From NCBI GenBank assembly GCA_964562015.1, contig CAZLRH010000008.1, positions 26,500-90,499 of the forward strand: a DNA stretch of 64,000 nt, given 5' to 3'. The translations under genes and the position numbers were made by a program. Position 1 is the stretch's first letter, and each line of letters begins with the position of its first letter. The notes under the pieces are model-generated. The model was not told where the DNA came from. It worked only from the letters and a program-made list of their open reading frames with translations, and did not search any database. Below are positions 34,689-44,087 of the stretch, one piece after another. The DNA is from an uncultured Opitutales bacterium (GTDB lineage: Bacteria; Verrucomicrobiota; Verrucomicrobiia; Opitutales; JABDGR01).

Positions 34689-35888
34689 ATGCGCCGCCCC
34701 GTTCTCCTTTTTCTTGGTGCCGCCGCCGTTCTCGCTTGCGGGGGCGGTGCCGCGCTGCGGGCCGCTGCTGCGTCCGCCGCGCCGGACGCGACTGGAAGCC
34801 CGCCCTCGTCGCCGGCCGATGCCGACTTTGTCCTTAAACTCCCCTCCCCGCTCGCCCTCAAACGCGGCCAGCCGGGCCAGGACCCGAGCGCGAATTCCGA
34901 CGGCATCCGCCGGGAAACTTTTCAGCGGGCCTCCATCGCCGCCTACGGCACCAACGACCCGACCGCGCCGGATTCGCCCGAGGACAAGCAACTGGCCGCC
35001 CTCGCGCAAAAAGACCAGGACTTTCTCGCCGCCCTCAACAAGAATCCCAACACCTGGCCCGAGGCCGAACGCGACCGGCGCGCGCAAGAGATCAACGACG
35101 CGTACGGCGATTACCTCAATGACCATCCGAGCGATGTGAATGCGCTCGTGCTGTACGGCAAGTTTTTGCGGCGCATGGGCGAACGCGAGAAATCCTACGC
35201 GGTCTTCCAGCATGCGCACCAGTTGAACCCGCGGGTCGCGGTCATCAAGCAGCAGATTGGCGGCTATCTGGCCGAGGAGGGCAAATATGCGGAAGCACTG
35301 GGCTTCTTCGTCCAGGCCGTGTCACTCGCGCCGAAGGAGCCGCTCTACCATTACCAACTGGCCGAGCTTCTGAATATTTATTACGATCATTTTCTAGCCG
35401 ACAATATATATACGCAGGAAACCCTCAACAAAGCCATCGTGGATGAGTTCAAGCAGGCCGCCCTCCTCGCGCCCACGGAGCCGGGCTATGCGTGGCGCGC
35501 GGCGGAATGTTATTACGACCTGCTGGACCCGGACTGGAAAGCCGCGCTCGCGGCGTGGGAGGAACTCGGCAAGCACACGACCTCCGGCGTCGAATTGGAA
35601 ATCATCCGCCTGCATCGCGCGCGCGTACTGTTGGAACTCGGACGCAAGGACGACGCCCGCGTGCTGCTCGAACAACCGGTGCGCCCCGTGCTCGAAGCCA
35701 GCCGCAAAGAATTAATCGACCGCCTGACCGGTGCGCCCGCGCCCACGCCGGCACCAGAACTGCCCTCGCCTGCGGTGCCGGCCACGCCGCCCGCGCTCCC
35801 CGCCGCAGAGTCTCCGCCTGCCGTCGCCCCGGCCACTGCGTCGCCGCCCGCGCCTGCGCCCGCCGCAAGCACCGGCCTACAACCCTGA
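34689..35888 (+). CDS. TPR-repeat lipoprotein-like protein
   Basis: MRRPVLLFLGAAAVLAC is lipobox-like. TPR-like helical repeats (YGKFLRRMGEREKSYAVFQHAHQLNP..., GGYLAEEGKYAEALGFFVQAVSLAP...). Ala/Pro-rich tail. Confidence 0.65.
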   Translation: MRRPVLLFLGAAAVLACGGGAALRAAAASAAPDATGSPPSSPADADFVLKLPSPLALKRGQPGQDPSANSDGIRRETFQRASIAAYGTNDPTAPDSPEDKQLAALAQKDQDFLAALNKNPNTWPEAERDRRAQEINDAYGDYLNDHPSDVNALVLYGKFLRRMGEREKSYAVFQHAHQLNPRVAVIKQQIGGYLAEEGKYAEALGFFVQAVSLAPKEPLYHYQLAELLNIYYDHFLADNIYTQETLNKAIVDEFKQAALLAPTEPGYAWRAAECYYDLLDPDWKAALAAWEELGKHTTSGVELEIIRLHRARVLLELGRKDDARVLLEQPVRPVLEASRKELIDRLTGAPAPTPAPELPSPAVPATPPALPAAESPPAVAPATASPPAPAPAASTGLQP

Positions 35889-35901
35889 TTTTTTAACCGC
35901 C

Positions 35902-36603
35902 ATGTTTGACCCCGCTCCCCTGCTCGCCGTCTCGCCCAATCTCCTGCCTGAATTGCGCGACGGCTCGATCTTTTATATCATTCTAGCCCTCAGCATTGCG
36001 TTGCACGAATACGGCCACGCGAAGGCTGCCGACCTCGTCGGCGATCCCCTGCCCCGGCTGCAAGGGCGCGTCACCCTCGATCCGCTGGCGCACCTCGACC
36101 CCATCGGCACCGGGCTGATTCCGCTGTCGATGATTTTCATCCCCATCTTTATGCACATGCAGATGCCTTTCGCATTGATTGGTTGGGGCCGGCCGGTGCA
36201 GATTTCGCTGCCCCATCCGCGCACGCGCGTGCGCGATGAGATTCTGATTACCGTGGCCGGGCCGTTGATGAATGTGCTGATTGCGCTGGTGGTGACAGTC
36301 ATCAGTCGAATCCTGTTGGAGAGCCACACTATGGGTGAGCAGACCGAACGTTTTCTCAAGGAGACCATTTATCTGAATTGCGCGCTGATTGGCTTCAACC
36401 TCATCCCGCTGCCGCCGCTGGACGGCTCGCGGATTTTGCGGCACCTCGTCAACATGTCCGAGAGTACCTTCAACCATCTCGCGATGAACAGTTGGTGGAT
36501 TTTGCTTATCCTCATCAACCTGCAGCAATTCCAAATCCTGCTGGGCCGGCTCATCCATGCGATTGCGATGCCCTTCCTGCGGGCGTCGGGGATGCTGGGG
36601 TGA
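35902..36603 (+). CDS. M50-family (site-2-protease-like) zinc metalloprotease, minimal form
   Basis: HEYGH in the first TM helix and the FNLIPLPPLDGSRIL motif. 233 aa, polytopic, with no PDZ domain. Confidence 0.8.
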   Translation: MFDPAPLLAVSPNLLPELRDGSIFYIILALSIALHEYGHAKAADLVGDPLPRLQGRVTLDPLAHLDPIGTGLIPLSMIFIPIFMHMQMPFALIGWGRPVQISLPHPRTRVRDEILITVAGPLMNVLIALVVTVISRILLESHTMGEQTERFLKETIYLNCALIGFNLIPLPPLDGSRILRHLVNMSESTFNHLAMNSWWILLILINLQQFQILLGRLIHAIAMPFLRASGMLG

Positions 36604-36630
36604 AAGGCCGGTGACACCCCAGCTCTTAGT

Positions 36631-36890
36631 TTAAGCCAAAGGCGGGATCGGCAGGAGCGGGAGGCGTTCTTGCGCCCGGCGCCAGTCGTCAAGCAATTCC
36701 GCGACATGGGCACGACGCCACTCCTCCAGCAATCGCGCGGAACTGTTCGGTAATTGCCCCTGCAAAAATTTTCCGGGGCTATTTCCACCAAGACCTCGGC
36801 CTGGCCCTAATGCGCGTGAAAATGCGGCGGCGGGTGCTCGCGAAAATGCAGCCGGATAATCAGGCCATGAAAACGGCTGACTTCAGGCAT
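36631..36890 (-). pseudogene. DUF4160 family gene disrupted by an in-frame TAG and a frameshift
   Basis: Own translation from ATG 36890: MPEVSRFHGLIIRLHFREHPPPHFHAH*GQAEVLVEIAPE... A different frame then continues ...KFLQGQLPNSSARLLEEWRRAHVAELLDDWRRAQERLPLLPIPPLA*. Together these reproduce the DUF4160 pattern (FyGi.I.my..eH.pPHfHa.Y....a...i......G.lp.r....v.eW...h..EL...W). Confidence 0.7.
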
Positions 36891-37203
36891 GGGCGGCTTC
36901 GACCGGCATCCGTCCGGTTATTTCCAAGTAGGCGGCATCCGGACAAATATCCAAGTCGTCAGACCAGCAGATTTGCCGCCCTTCGCCCAAGTGCACCCGC
37001 GCAAAGAAGGCCGGGTCAGCCAAAGGCGCAAAGACTCCCTTCCCCACCTCACCGGAAAGGTCAATTTCCCCGCTCACGCCGTCCGCATACGTCAGGCGCA
37101 GACGAAAGCCAGGCAATGCTTGCACTTGGATCGGCGGTACCATGGCCGCATTATCAATCCAAAGGACGACGGCGTCAAGCGCGAGTAGTCTGCGGTTGCA
37201 CAT
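36883..37203 (-). CDS. DUF2442 domain protein
   Basis: VQALPGFRLRLTYADGVSGEIDLSGEVGKGVFAPLADPAFFARVHLGEGRQICWSDDLDICPDAAYLEI fits the DUF2442 pattern. Its stop overlaps the DUF4160 ATG (atgcctga). The true start may be the internal M (MVPPIQV). Confidence 0.75.
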   Translation of the reverse strand: MCNRRLLALDAVVLWIDNAAMVPPIQVQALPGFRLRLTYADGVSGEIDLSGEVGKGVFAPLADPAFFARVHLGEGRQICWSDDLDICPDAAYLEITGRMPVEAAHA

Positions 37204-37285
37204 ACCCTCTCATTGCGATGGTTGATTATTAATATCTGTAACTTTCAATTGCCTTTGTCTTGGAGGCACCTACATTTTTCAGGAA

Positions 37286-37693
37286 ATGCGCTTAAACCCA
37301 TTATTGATTTTTCCGATCTTATTGGTCGTTTACGCGATTGGCTGGTGGTATGGTGGAGTACTGCCCCCATGGCAGCTAAGTGCGGCCACTTTCCTACTCG
37401 CTGCATTGGAAATTCTGTTGCTGAATTCATTTGTTCAAAGGAAATGGGGGGTCGTCTTGTGGGCTGCCATGGTTATTTTTCCAGTTGCCGTGATGGCCCC
37501 ATTGTTAATGTCTACATTATCGTTCGCAGGAACACGGAGCGCCAGTGGATTTAGCGATGCAGGTAGTGGTGGCGCAGAATTTTATCTATTAATGGCCATA
37601 GCATTGTTGGCGCAGGGACTGGGCCCCTCCTTGCTGACTATCTGGCTTGGTGCATTGCTTTGCTGGCCCCGCCGGGTCGCGTGGAAATGGTAG
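37286..37693 (+). CDS. Hypothetical small membrane protein (low-GC islet)
   Basis: 135-aa ORF with about four hydrophobic helices. Line 37261-37320 is 23/60 G+C. No recognisable family. Confidence 0.4.
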   Translation: MRLNPLLIFPILLVVYAIGWWYGGVLPPWQLSAATFLLAALEILLLNSFVQRKWGVVLWAAMVIFPVAVMAPLLMSTLSFAGTRSASGFSDAGSGGAEFYLLMAIALLAQGLGPSLLTIWLGALLCWPRRVAWKW

Positions 37694-37830
37694 GGGAATT
37701 ATTGCTCGCGCAATATGGCGTCACTTACCGCGTTTTTTCGACTCCGGCGGTTAGGCTTTCCTTTTGAATTGCGGTCCTCCCCAACTTCCGCCTTGGCATC
37801 CGAGGCCGCCTAGCGCCACACTAGGGCGAA

Positions 37831-38829
37831 ATGAACGTGCTTGTCACCGGCGGAGCCGGCTACATCGGGAGCCATTGCGTGCGCCAGCTTCTCGCACAGG
37901 GTCACCGCCCCGTCGTGGTGGATAATCTCGTCTTCGGGCACCGCGCGGCGGTGGCGCAGGGCGTGAAGTTTTACAAAGCGGATTTGAGCGATGCCACCAA
38001 GCTGCGCCAGATTCTGGAAAAGGAGCGCATCGAACTGGTGATGCATTTCGCGGCGTTTTGCTACGTGGGCGAATCCGTCACCGCGCCGCTGAAGTATTAT
38101 AAGAACAACCTGGTGGCCGCGCTGGTGCTGCTCGAGGCGATGATGCAGGCGGGCGTGAAGAAATTCGTGCTGTCCTCCACCTGCGCGACCTACGGCGTGC
38201 CGGAAAAAATGCCGCTGACGGAGGACCACCCGCAACGCCCCATCAACCCCTACGGCCAGACCAAGCTCGATTTGGAAAACGCCCTCAAGGCGCTCGCCCA
38301 TGCCGAGGGGCTGAGCTTTGCGGCGCTGCGCTATTTCAACGCCGCGGGCGCGGCAGTTGATGGCACCATCGGCGAGGACCACGACCCGGAGACCCACCTC
38401 ATTCCGCTGGCCATCGGCCAGGTGCTGGGCCAGCGCAAAAGCGTCAAGATTTTTGGCACGGATTACCCCACGCCGGACGGCACCTGCCTGCGCGATTACG
38501 TGCATGTGGATGATTTGGCGCGCGCGCACATCCTCGCGTTCGACAAATTGCGCAAACGCGGCACGCAACTCTTTTACAACCTCGGCACCGGCACGCCGAA
38601 TTCCGTGCGCGAGGTCATCGCCGCGGTGGAAAAAGTATCAGGCAAAAAGGTCAAAGTGATCGAAGCACCCCGGCGCGAGGGCGACCCACCGGCGCTGTAT
38701 GCCGACAACTCCAAGGCCAAGCGCGAACTCGGCTGGAAAATCCAGTTTTCCACGCTCGACTCCATCGTCGAGACCGCCTGGCGCTGGCATCACGCCCACC
38801 CGCGCGGCTTTGCGAAGAAGAAAAAGTAG
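37831..38829 (+). CDS. galE: UDP-glucose 4-epimerase
   Basis: MNVLVTGGAGYIGSH Rossmann motif. STCATYG, YGQTKL (the YxxxK catalytic motif) and DGTCLRDYVHVDDLA are GalE hallmarks. Confidence 0.92.
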   Translation: MNVLVTGGAGYIGSHCVRQLLAQGHRPVVVDNLVFGHRAAVAQGVKFYKADLSDATKLRQILEKERIELVMHFAAFCYVGESVTAPLKYYKNNLVAALVLLEAMMQAGVKKFVLSSTCATYGVPEKMPLTEDHPQRPINPYGQTKLDLENALKALAHAEGLSFAALRYFNAAGAAVDGTIGEDHDPETHLIPLAIGQVLGQRKSVKIFGTDYPTPDGTCLRDYVHVDDLARAHILAFDKLRKRGTQLFYNLGTGTPNSVREVIAAVEKVSGKKVKVIEAPRREGDPPALYADNSKAKRELGWKIQFSTLDSIVETAWRWHHAHPRGFAKKKK

Positions 38830-38841
38830 GAATTTTTTTAT

Positions 38842-38878
38842 CCACCGATTTCACGGATGAACACAGATTGATGCGAAT
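38842..38878. repeat. Solo array of four roughly 10-nt units (CACCGATTT / CACGGATGAA / CACAGATTGA / TGCGAAT)
   Basis: Same unit style as the hairpin arms at 61582 and 49985. I could not find a convincing inverted partner; only degenerate atccgcc/atcctgcc at about 38911-38937. Confidence 0.4.
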
Positions 38879-38938
38879 TTTCTTTTTTCTACCGATACAA
38901 ACAGGGGGCAATCCGCCGAGGAAATAAGACATCCTGCC

Positions 38939-39178
38939 ATGAAACCCACCAAGCGACACTGGATTGGCTTAATCCTGATTGGGTTATCCATACAGCTAGG
39001 CGTCATCTATTTTTATGGCGGCACTTCTTTTATATTTTTTGATCTGGGTCACGCCGAATTCGAATTTGAGGTGGGTAGCGTCGCTCTCTATGGATTTGTG
39101 ACTTTTCTGGCGACCGGACTCGCTTGTTTCTTCTGGCCCGTAGATAAATCTAAAAACACCCCGGTGCAGCCCAGTTAG
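38939..39178 (+). CDS. Hypothetical small membrane protein
   Basis: 79-aa ORF with two hydrophobic helices in a low-GC patch. Confidence 0.35.
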   Translation: MKPTKRHWIGLILIGLSIQLGVIYFYGGTSFIFFDLGHAEFEFEVGSVALYGFVTFLATGLACFFWPVDKSKNTPVQPS

Positions 39179-39201
39179 TATACTAACCGCCCATTTTCCC
39201 C

Positions 39202-39501
39202 ATGCCCTGCCTCCTCGTCCTTGCCTCTTTCTGCGCGCCGCGGCTGGCGATGTTTTTCATCTTCCTGCTGACGGACTGGTTCAGTAGGGCCTTTGAATCG
39301 GCCCTCTGGCCGCTGTTGGGCTTTTTCTTCATGCCCTACACGACCCTGGCCTACATGGCGGCGATGTTGAACAACGACCACAACTTGAGTGGCGGCTGGA
39401 TCGCCCTGTTTATCGTGGCGGTGGTCCTCGATGTAGGCGGTCAGGGCAAGACGACGAAAGCCAGCATGAAGGGCCGCATGAAACAGGCCGAAAAGGTTTA
39501 G
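39202..39501 (+). CDS. Hypothetical small membrane protein
   Basis: 99-aa ORF with three hydrophobic helices and codon usage closer to the genome norm. Confidence 0.45.
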   Translation: MPCLLVLASFCAPRLAMFFIFLLTDWFSRAFESALWPLLGFFFMPYTTLAYMAAMLNNDHNLSGGWIALFIVAVVLDVGGQGKTTKASMKGRMKQAEKV

Positions 39502-39651
39502 GCACTGTTTGAAACTCGAAGAAAAGCGGCGCGCTGCGGGCACCGCGCCCAACCCAAACTGCCAGCGTGGACTGCATTAACCCGCGGTCCGTTCACTGGT
39601 AGGGAGCACTGCCCCCAGCGCGCCGTCGGCGATTGGTTTTTAAACCTGCGC

Positions 39652-41157
39652 TTAACCCTTCAACCCATCCGCGCGTTTGCGGAGCGTGGTGCGAGTGATG
39701 CCGAGGAGCGCAGCGGCCTTGGCGTGGTTGCCTTCGGTTTCCTTGAGCGCGCGCTCAATCAAGGCAATTTCAATTTTTTCCAGAATATTTTCTCCGGACT
39801 CGGCGCGGGCCAGGCGGTAAACGGCATCGCAGGCCTCCGCCAGCGTGGCGGCGGCATTCTTTTCGCCCACTTTTTCCACGGGGGCGGCGGGCGCGGGCGC
39901 TTTTTCCTCAGCTGGCGTGGCGGTGGGCGCCGGAGCCGCTGCAGTCGGCGGCGCGGCGTTTTGCGCGGCCAGCAAAATCTCGCGGGGCAAGTCCTTCAGC
40001 AAAACGGTGTCGCCCTGGGCCACGACGCCGCTGCGGTAAATGGTGTTCTCCAGTTCGCGGACATTGCCGGGCCAGTTCAACGAGCACAATGCGACGAGCG
40101 CCTCGGGCGAGACTTTGCGCACACGGATTTTCTTCTCGTTGGCCAGCCGCTGGAGCATGAAGTCCACCAGCGCCGGGATGTCGTCACGCCGGTCGCGCAG
40201 GGGCGGGAGCTTGATGCGGACGACGTTGAGCCGGTAGTACAAGTCCTCGCGAAATTGTTTATCGGCGACGAGTTTTTCGAGGTCCTTGTTGGTGGCGGCA
40301 ATGAGGCGCACGTTGACCTTGAGCGTCTCGCTGCCGCCCACGCGCTGAATCTCGCCCTCCTGGATGGCGCGGAGGATTTTCGTCTGCGTCGAGAGGGTCA
40401 TGTCGCCAATTTCGTCGAGGAAAATGGTGCCGCCGTCACACAATTCGAATTTGCCGCTGCGCTGGGCGGTGGCGCCGGTGAAGGAGCCCTTCTCGTGGCC
40501 AAACAGTTCGCTCTCGATGAGATTCTCGGGAATGGCGGCGCAATTCACCGCAATGAACGGGCCCTTCGACCGGTGGCTGTGCTGCCACAGGCAGCGGGCG
40601 ACGAGCTCCTTGCCCGTGCCGCTTTCACCGGTGATCATCACCGTCACATCGCTGGCGGCGACCTGCCCGATGATTTTGAACACCTCCTGCATCGGCTCGG
40701 ACTGGCCGACGATGCCCTCCTTGTAATCCTCGCGATTGAGGAGCGGACGATACGCATCGCCCGCGGCGTGCAAGTCGGTCCAGGCCTTCATGGCGTGGTC
40801 CACGATCGTGACGATTTTTTTGCTGTCGAAGGGCTTGATGACGTAATCGAACGCGCCGAACTTCATCGCCTCGATGGCAGTCTGCGTGGTGCCAAAGGCG
40901 GTCATCAAAATCACCATGCACTTGGGGGCGGAGGTGCGCAGGTGCTGGAGGGTTTCGAGGCCGCTCATGCCGGTCATGCGGTTGTCGAGCAGGATGACTT
41001 GCGGCTTTTCCTTCGTGGCGGCCTTCAGGCCCTCCTCGCCGCTGCCCGCGGCCACGACGCGAAACGGCCGGGTCGTCAACACCCGTTGCAGGGAATAACG
41101 TATTTCCGGATCGTCATCGATGAGAAGGACGGTTGCGGTGGGCGCGGATTCAGCCAT
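39652..41157 (-). CDS. Sigma-54-dependent response regulator (NtrC family: REC + AAA+ + Fis-type HTH)
   Basis: Receiver VLLIDDDPE...[12 protein letters not shown]. Walker [15 protein letters not shown]-type loop GSFTGA, and [11 protein letters not shown]-terminal [23 protein letters not shown]. No histidine kinase gene is adjacent. Confidence 0.9.
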   Translation of the reverse strand: MAESAPTATVLLIDDDPEIRYSLQRVLTTRPFRVVAAGSGEEGLKAATKEKPQVILLDNRMTGMSGLETLQHLRTSAPKCMVILMTAFGTTQTAIEAMKFGAFDYVIKPFDSKKIVTIVDHAMKAWTDLHAAGDAYRPLLNREDYKEGIVGQSEPMQEVFKIIGQVAASDVTVMITGESGTGKELVARCLWQHSHRSKGPFIAVNCAAIPENLIESELFGHEKGSFTGATAQRSGKFELCDGGTIFLDEIGDMTLSTQTKILRAIQEGEIQRVGGSETLKVNVRLIAATNKDLEKLVADKQFREDLYYRLNVVRIKLPPLRDRRDDIPALVDFMLQRLANEKKIRVRKVSPEALVALCSLNWPGNVRELENTIYRSGVVAQGDTVLLKDLPREILLAAQNAAPPTAAAPAPTATPAEEKAPAPAAPVEKVGEKNAAATLAEACDAVYRLARAESGENILEKIEIALIERALKETEGNHAKAAALLGITRTTLRKRADGLKG

Positions 41158-41204
41158 AGTCGGAGCGTTCGAGAGCAAAACGCAGGTTTAAAACATCATC
41201 CGAC

Positions 41205-41945
41205 ATGCGCTGGCGGTCAATGCAGTTATTCCGGGTGGCGGGCATCGCCCTCGAGGTGCACCCGACTTTTTTCGTGCTGCCCATCCTCATCGGTCTGACA
41301 GGTTTCGGCGACGGCGGGTGGCGGGAAATGCTGGTGGACTGGGCCGCGCTGGTGCTCGTTTACACCTGCGTGGTGCTGCACGAATTCGGCCATGCGCTGA
41401 CGGCCCGGGCACTGGGCCTGCCGGTGTGGCGCATCATCCTGCTGCCCATCGGCGGCATGGCGATGCTGGGCCGCCTGCCGCGCCGCCCGAGTGCGGAATT
41501 GCTCATCGTGGCTGCCGGACCGATGGTGAATTTCGTCATTGCCGGCATTTGCCTCGCCCTGCTGCACGGCTGGCCGGAGGGTTGGGTGCTCTTCCATCCC
41601 CAAACCTGGGGCGACCCGGAAACAAACGGCCTGACCGTGAATGACGTGCTGCGCTTTTTGCTGAGCGCGAATCTATTGCTGGGCTGTTTCAACCTGCTGC
41701 CCGCGTTTCCGATGGACGGAGGGCGGGTGCTGCGGGCGCTGCTGGCGCTGCGGCTCGATTATTTGAGTGCCACCTGGTCTGCGCTGATGATTGGGCGCGC
41801 CGTGGCGGCGGCCGGAATCGCCTTGGCGCTATTCAAGTGGCATCTTTACATGCTCGCCATCCTCTTTGGGTTTATTCTTTTTTTGGGCGACTTGGAATAC
41901 ACCCAGCTCGCCCGGGAGGAAACCCAATACGAAGATCCGACCTAA
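41205..41945 (+). CDS. M50-family (site-2-protease-like) zinc metalloprotease, minimal form
   Basis: HEFGH in a TM helix and FNLLPAFPMDGGRVL. 246 aa. Divergent from the sigma-54 activator gene. Confidence 0.8.
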   Translation: MRWRSMQLFRVAGIALEVHPTFFVLPILIGLTGFGDGGWREMLVDWAALVLVYTCVVLHEFGHALTARALGLPVWRIILLPIGGMAMLGRLPRRPSAELLIVAAGPMVNFVIAGICLALLHGWPEGWVLFHPQTWGDPETNGLTVNDVLRFLLSANLLLGCFNLLPAFPMDGGRVLRALLALRLDYLSATWSALMIGRAVAAAGIALALFKWHLYMLAILFGFILFLGDLEYTQLAREETQYEDPT

Positions 41946-41998
41946 TTTTCGCCAGCCGGCGCAATAAATCCGCCGCCCGCCATTCACGTTTTGCCTTC

Positions 41999-43867
41999 AT
42001 GCACGACACTTCACTCTTAACGACGATCGCCATCAGCTTCACCCTGGCGCTGGTGTTTGGCATCATCGCCAAGCGCTGCGGGCTGTCGCCCATCGTCGGC
42101 TACCTGCTCGCGGGCATCGCCGCGAGCCCGCACACGCCCGGCATGGTGGGCGACGCCGACATGGCCAACCAGCTCGCGGAGATCGGGGTGATTCTGCTGA
42201 TGTTCGGCGTCGGCCTGCATTTTCACCTGAAGGATTTGCTGGCGGTGCGGGCCATCGCCATTCCCGGCGCGGTCGTGCAAAGCGCGTGCGCGACGGTATT
42301 CTGCATGGTGCTCGCGCATTTTCTGGGCCTGCCGTGGTCGCACGGCCTCGTGCTGGGCATTGCGACCTCCGTGGCCAGCACGGTGGTGCTCATGCGCGTG
42401 TTGATGGACAACAAAGTCATGGAGACACCGGCAGGCCATGTGGCAGTCGGCTGGCTGGTGGTGGAGGATTTGTTCACGGTGCTCGTCCTTGTGTTGCTGC
42501 CGGCGTTCGCGGGACCAGCGCCAGAGCATACGAACGCCACCGACCTGCACGCAGTGGGCGCAGCGGCCTCCACTGTCGCCACCCTCGCTGCGAACGTGAC
42601 GGCGGCGACTCCCGCAGTCGAAGGCCCCGGTGTGCTCATGGCCACGGCCATTGCGCTGGGCAAGCTGGCGATGCTGGGAGCCATCATGGCCCTGGCGGGC
42701 ACCCGTTTGGTGCCGTGGATATTGCTGCGGGTGGCGCGCCTGCGCTCGCGCGAATTGTTCACCCTGGCGGTGCTGGTGATGTCGATCGCGGTGGCAACGG
42801 CCGCGTACTTTGCCTTCGGTGCGTCGATGGCACTAGGGGCGTTTCTCGCCGGGATGTTAGTGGGCCAATCCAAGTTCAGCCACCAGGCCGGTGCGGAGAT
42901 ACTGCCGCTGCGGGACGCCTTCGCCGTTTTGTTTTTTGTGTCCGTCGGCATGTTGTTCGATTTTCATCAAGTGGTGGCCGAGCCGTGGCTACTGCTGGGC
43001 GTGCTCGGCGTGGTGCTGCTGGTCAAGCCGGTGGCCGCATTTATCATCGTTTTGGTGCTGCGGTATCCGGTGCGCACGGCACTGACCGTGGCGGGCGGCC
43101 TCGCGCAGATTGGCGAATTTTCCTTCATACTCGCCGATGTGGCCAAGCCACATCTGCTTCTGAACGATCAAGGCCAGGCCGTGCTCGTCGCCGCGGCCAT
43201 CATTTCCATCAGCCTGAATCCCTACCTATTTCGGATGATTCTGAAATTGGAGCCCGTGATTTTCCGCCACCCGCACCTGGCCGCCTGGCTGTCGCGCCGC
43301 AGTGAAGTCCGGGGTGCGCGCCTCAACGTCGGCTTTGCGCCGCCAAAAAAAGAGGGCAAGCAAGCCATCGTCGTCGGCTATGGCCCTGTGGGGCAAACCA
43401 TGACACAACTGCTGCGCGAATTCGGCATCGAGCCGCTCATCGTGGAAATGAGCATCGACACCGTGGCGGAGTTGCACAACCACGACCATCCGGCCCTTTA
43501 CGGCGATGCCACCCGGCCCGACATCCTCGAAAGCGCGGGCATCAAGGACGCGGATTTTCTCATCATCACGCTCCCGGACGCCGTGGCCCGGCTCGCCATC
43601 GTCACCAGCGCGCGCGAACTCAACCCGCAAATCACCATCCTCACCCGCGCCCGCTACCTCCGGGAAAACCCGCATTTGCGCGAGGCCGGCGTCACCAACA
43701 TTTGCTTCGACGAAGTGGAAACCGCCGCGGGCCTGGCGGAGACGCTGCTGCTGAAGATGGGCATTTCGCGCGAGCGCATCGACAAGGAGGTGCCGCAAAT
43801 CCGCGCCGAATGGGGCGCCATCGTGGAACTCATGGGCGAACAGGAAGACCTGCGGGCGAAGGAATGA
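41999..43867 (+). CDS. CPA2-family cation:proton antiporter with C-terminal RCK/TrkA-N domain (Kef-like)
   Basis: Start at MHDTSLLTTIA. Na_H_exchanger-type TM core (SPIVGYLLAGIA..., LLMFGVGLHF). C-terminal Rossmann AIVVGYGPVGQTMTQLL. Confidence 0.85.
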   Translation: MHDTSLLTTIAISFTLALVFGIIAKRCGLSPIVGYLLAGIAASPHTPGMVGDADMANQLAEIGVILLMFGVGLHFHLKDLLAVRAIAIPGAVVQSACATVFCMVLAHFLGLPWSHGLVLGIATSVASTVVLMRVLMDNKVMETPAGHVAVGWLVVEDLFTVLVLVLLPAFAGPAPEHTNATDLHAVGAAASTVATLAANVTAATPAVEGPGVLMATAIALGKLAMLGAIMALAGTRLVPWILLRVARLRSRELFTLAVLVMSIAVATAAYFAFGASMALGAFLAGMLVGQSKFSHQAGAEILPLRDAFAVLFFVSVGMLFDFHQVVAEPWLLLGVLGVVLLVKPVAAFIIVLVLRYPVRTALTVAGGLAQIGEFSFILADVAKPHLLLNDQGQAVLVAAAIISISLNPYLFRMILKLEPVIFRHPHLAAWLSRRSEVRGARLNVGFAPPKKEGKQAIVVGYGPVGQTMTQLLREFGIEPLIVEMSIDTVAELHNHDHPALYGDATRPDILESAGIKDADFLIITLPDAVARLAIVTSARELNPQITILTRARYLRENPHLREAGVTNICFDEVETAAGLAETLLLKMGISRERIDKEVPQIRAEWGAIVELMGEQEDLRAKE

Positions 43868-43919
43868 GCAAACGGGCGAGGCATGTCGCAAAATCTCAGC
43901 GGAAAGAGAACGCTCATTT

Positions 43920-44043
43920 ACGCTTATCTTCGCTGACAAGAAAGACTGCGGAAATTTTCCGGCTTGGCGCTTAAACGTCTGCTCCCGATTTTGCCGCCCT
44001 GCATGAATTTCCGGCGTCCGGAAAAATCAGCGAAAATTAGCGC
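43920..44043. repeat. Imperfect inverted repeat built of AGCG-type 10-nt units, flanking small internal hairpins
   Basis: acgcttatcttcgctga (43920-43936) against the reverse complement of tcagcgaaaattagcgc (44027-44043) gives 14/17. Internal tttccgg-cgt-ccggaaa stem-loop. Confidence 0.35.
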
Positions 44044-44087
44044 GAATTAGCGGTCCAATTTTCTTCACGCAACTTACTTCCCCCATC

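Noticed and set aside
34485-35219. N-terminal 245-aa extension of the 31731-35219 ORF (1162 aa)
   Set aside because: The extension overlaps the well-formed plus-strand TPR gene and reads as low-complexity R/G/V sequence. An in-frame ATG at 34484 gives a sensible TM anchor. Similar upstream extensions were trimmed for ORFs ending at 26429, 24048, 17215, 51857, 59374, 61686, 62351, 59714, 41178 and 15796. The same was done for plus-strand ORFs starting at 7897, 8595, 13255, 34614, 35731 and 41837.
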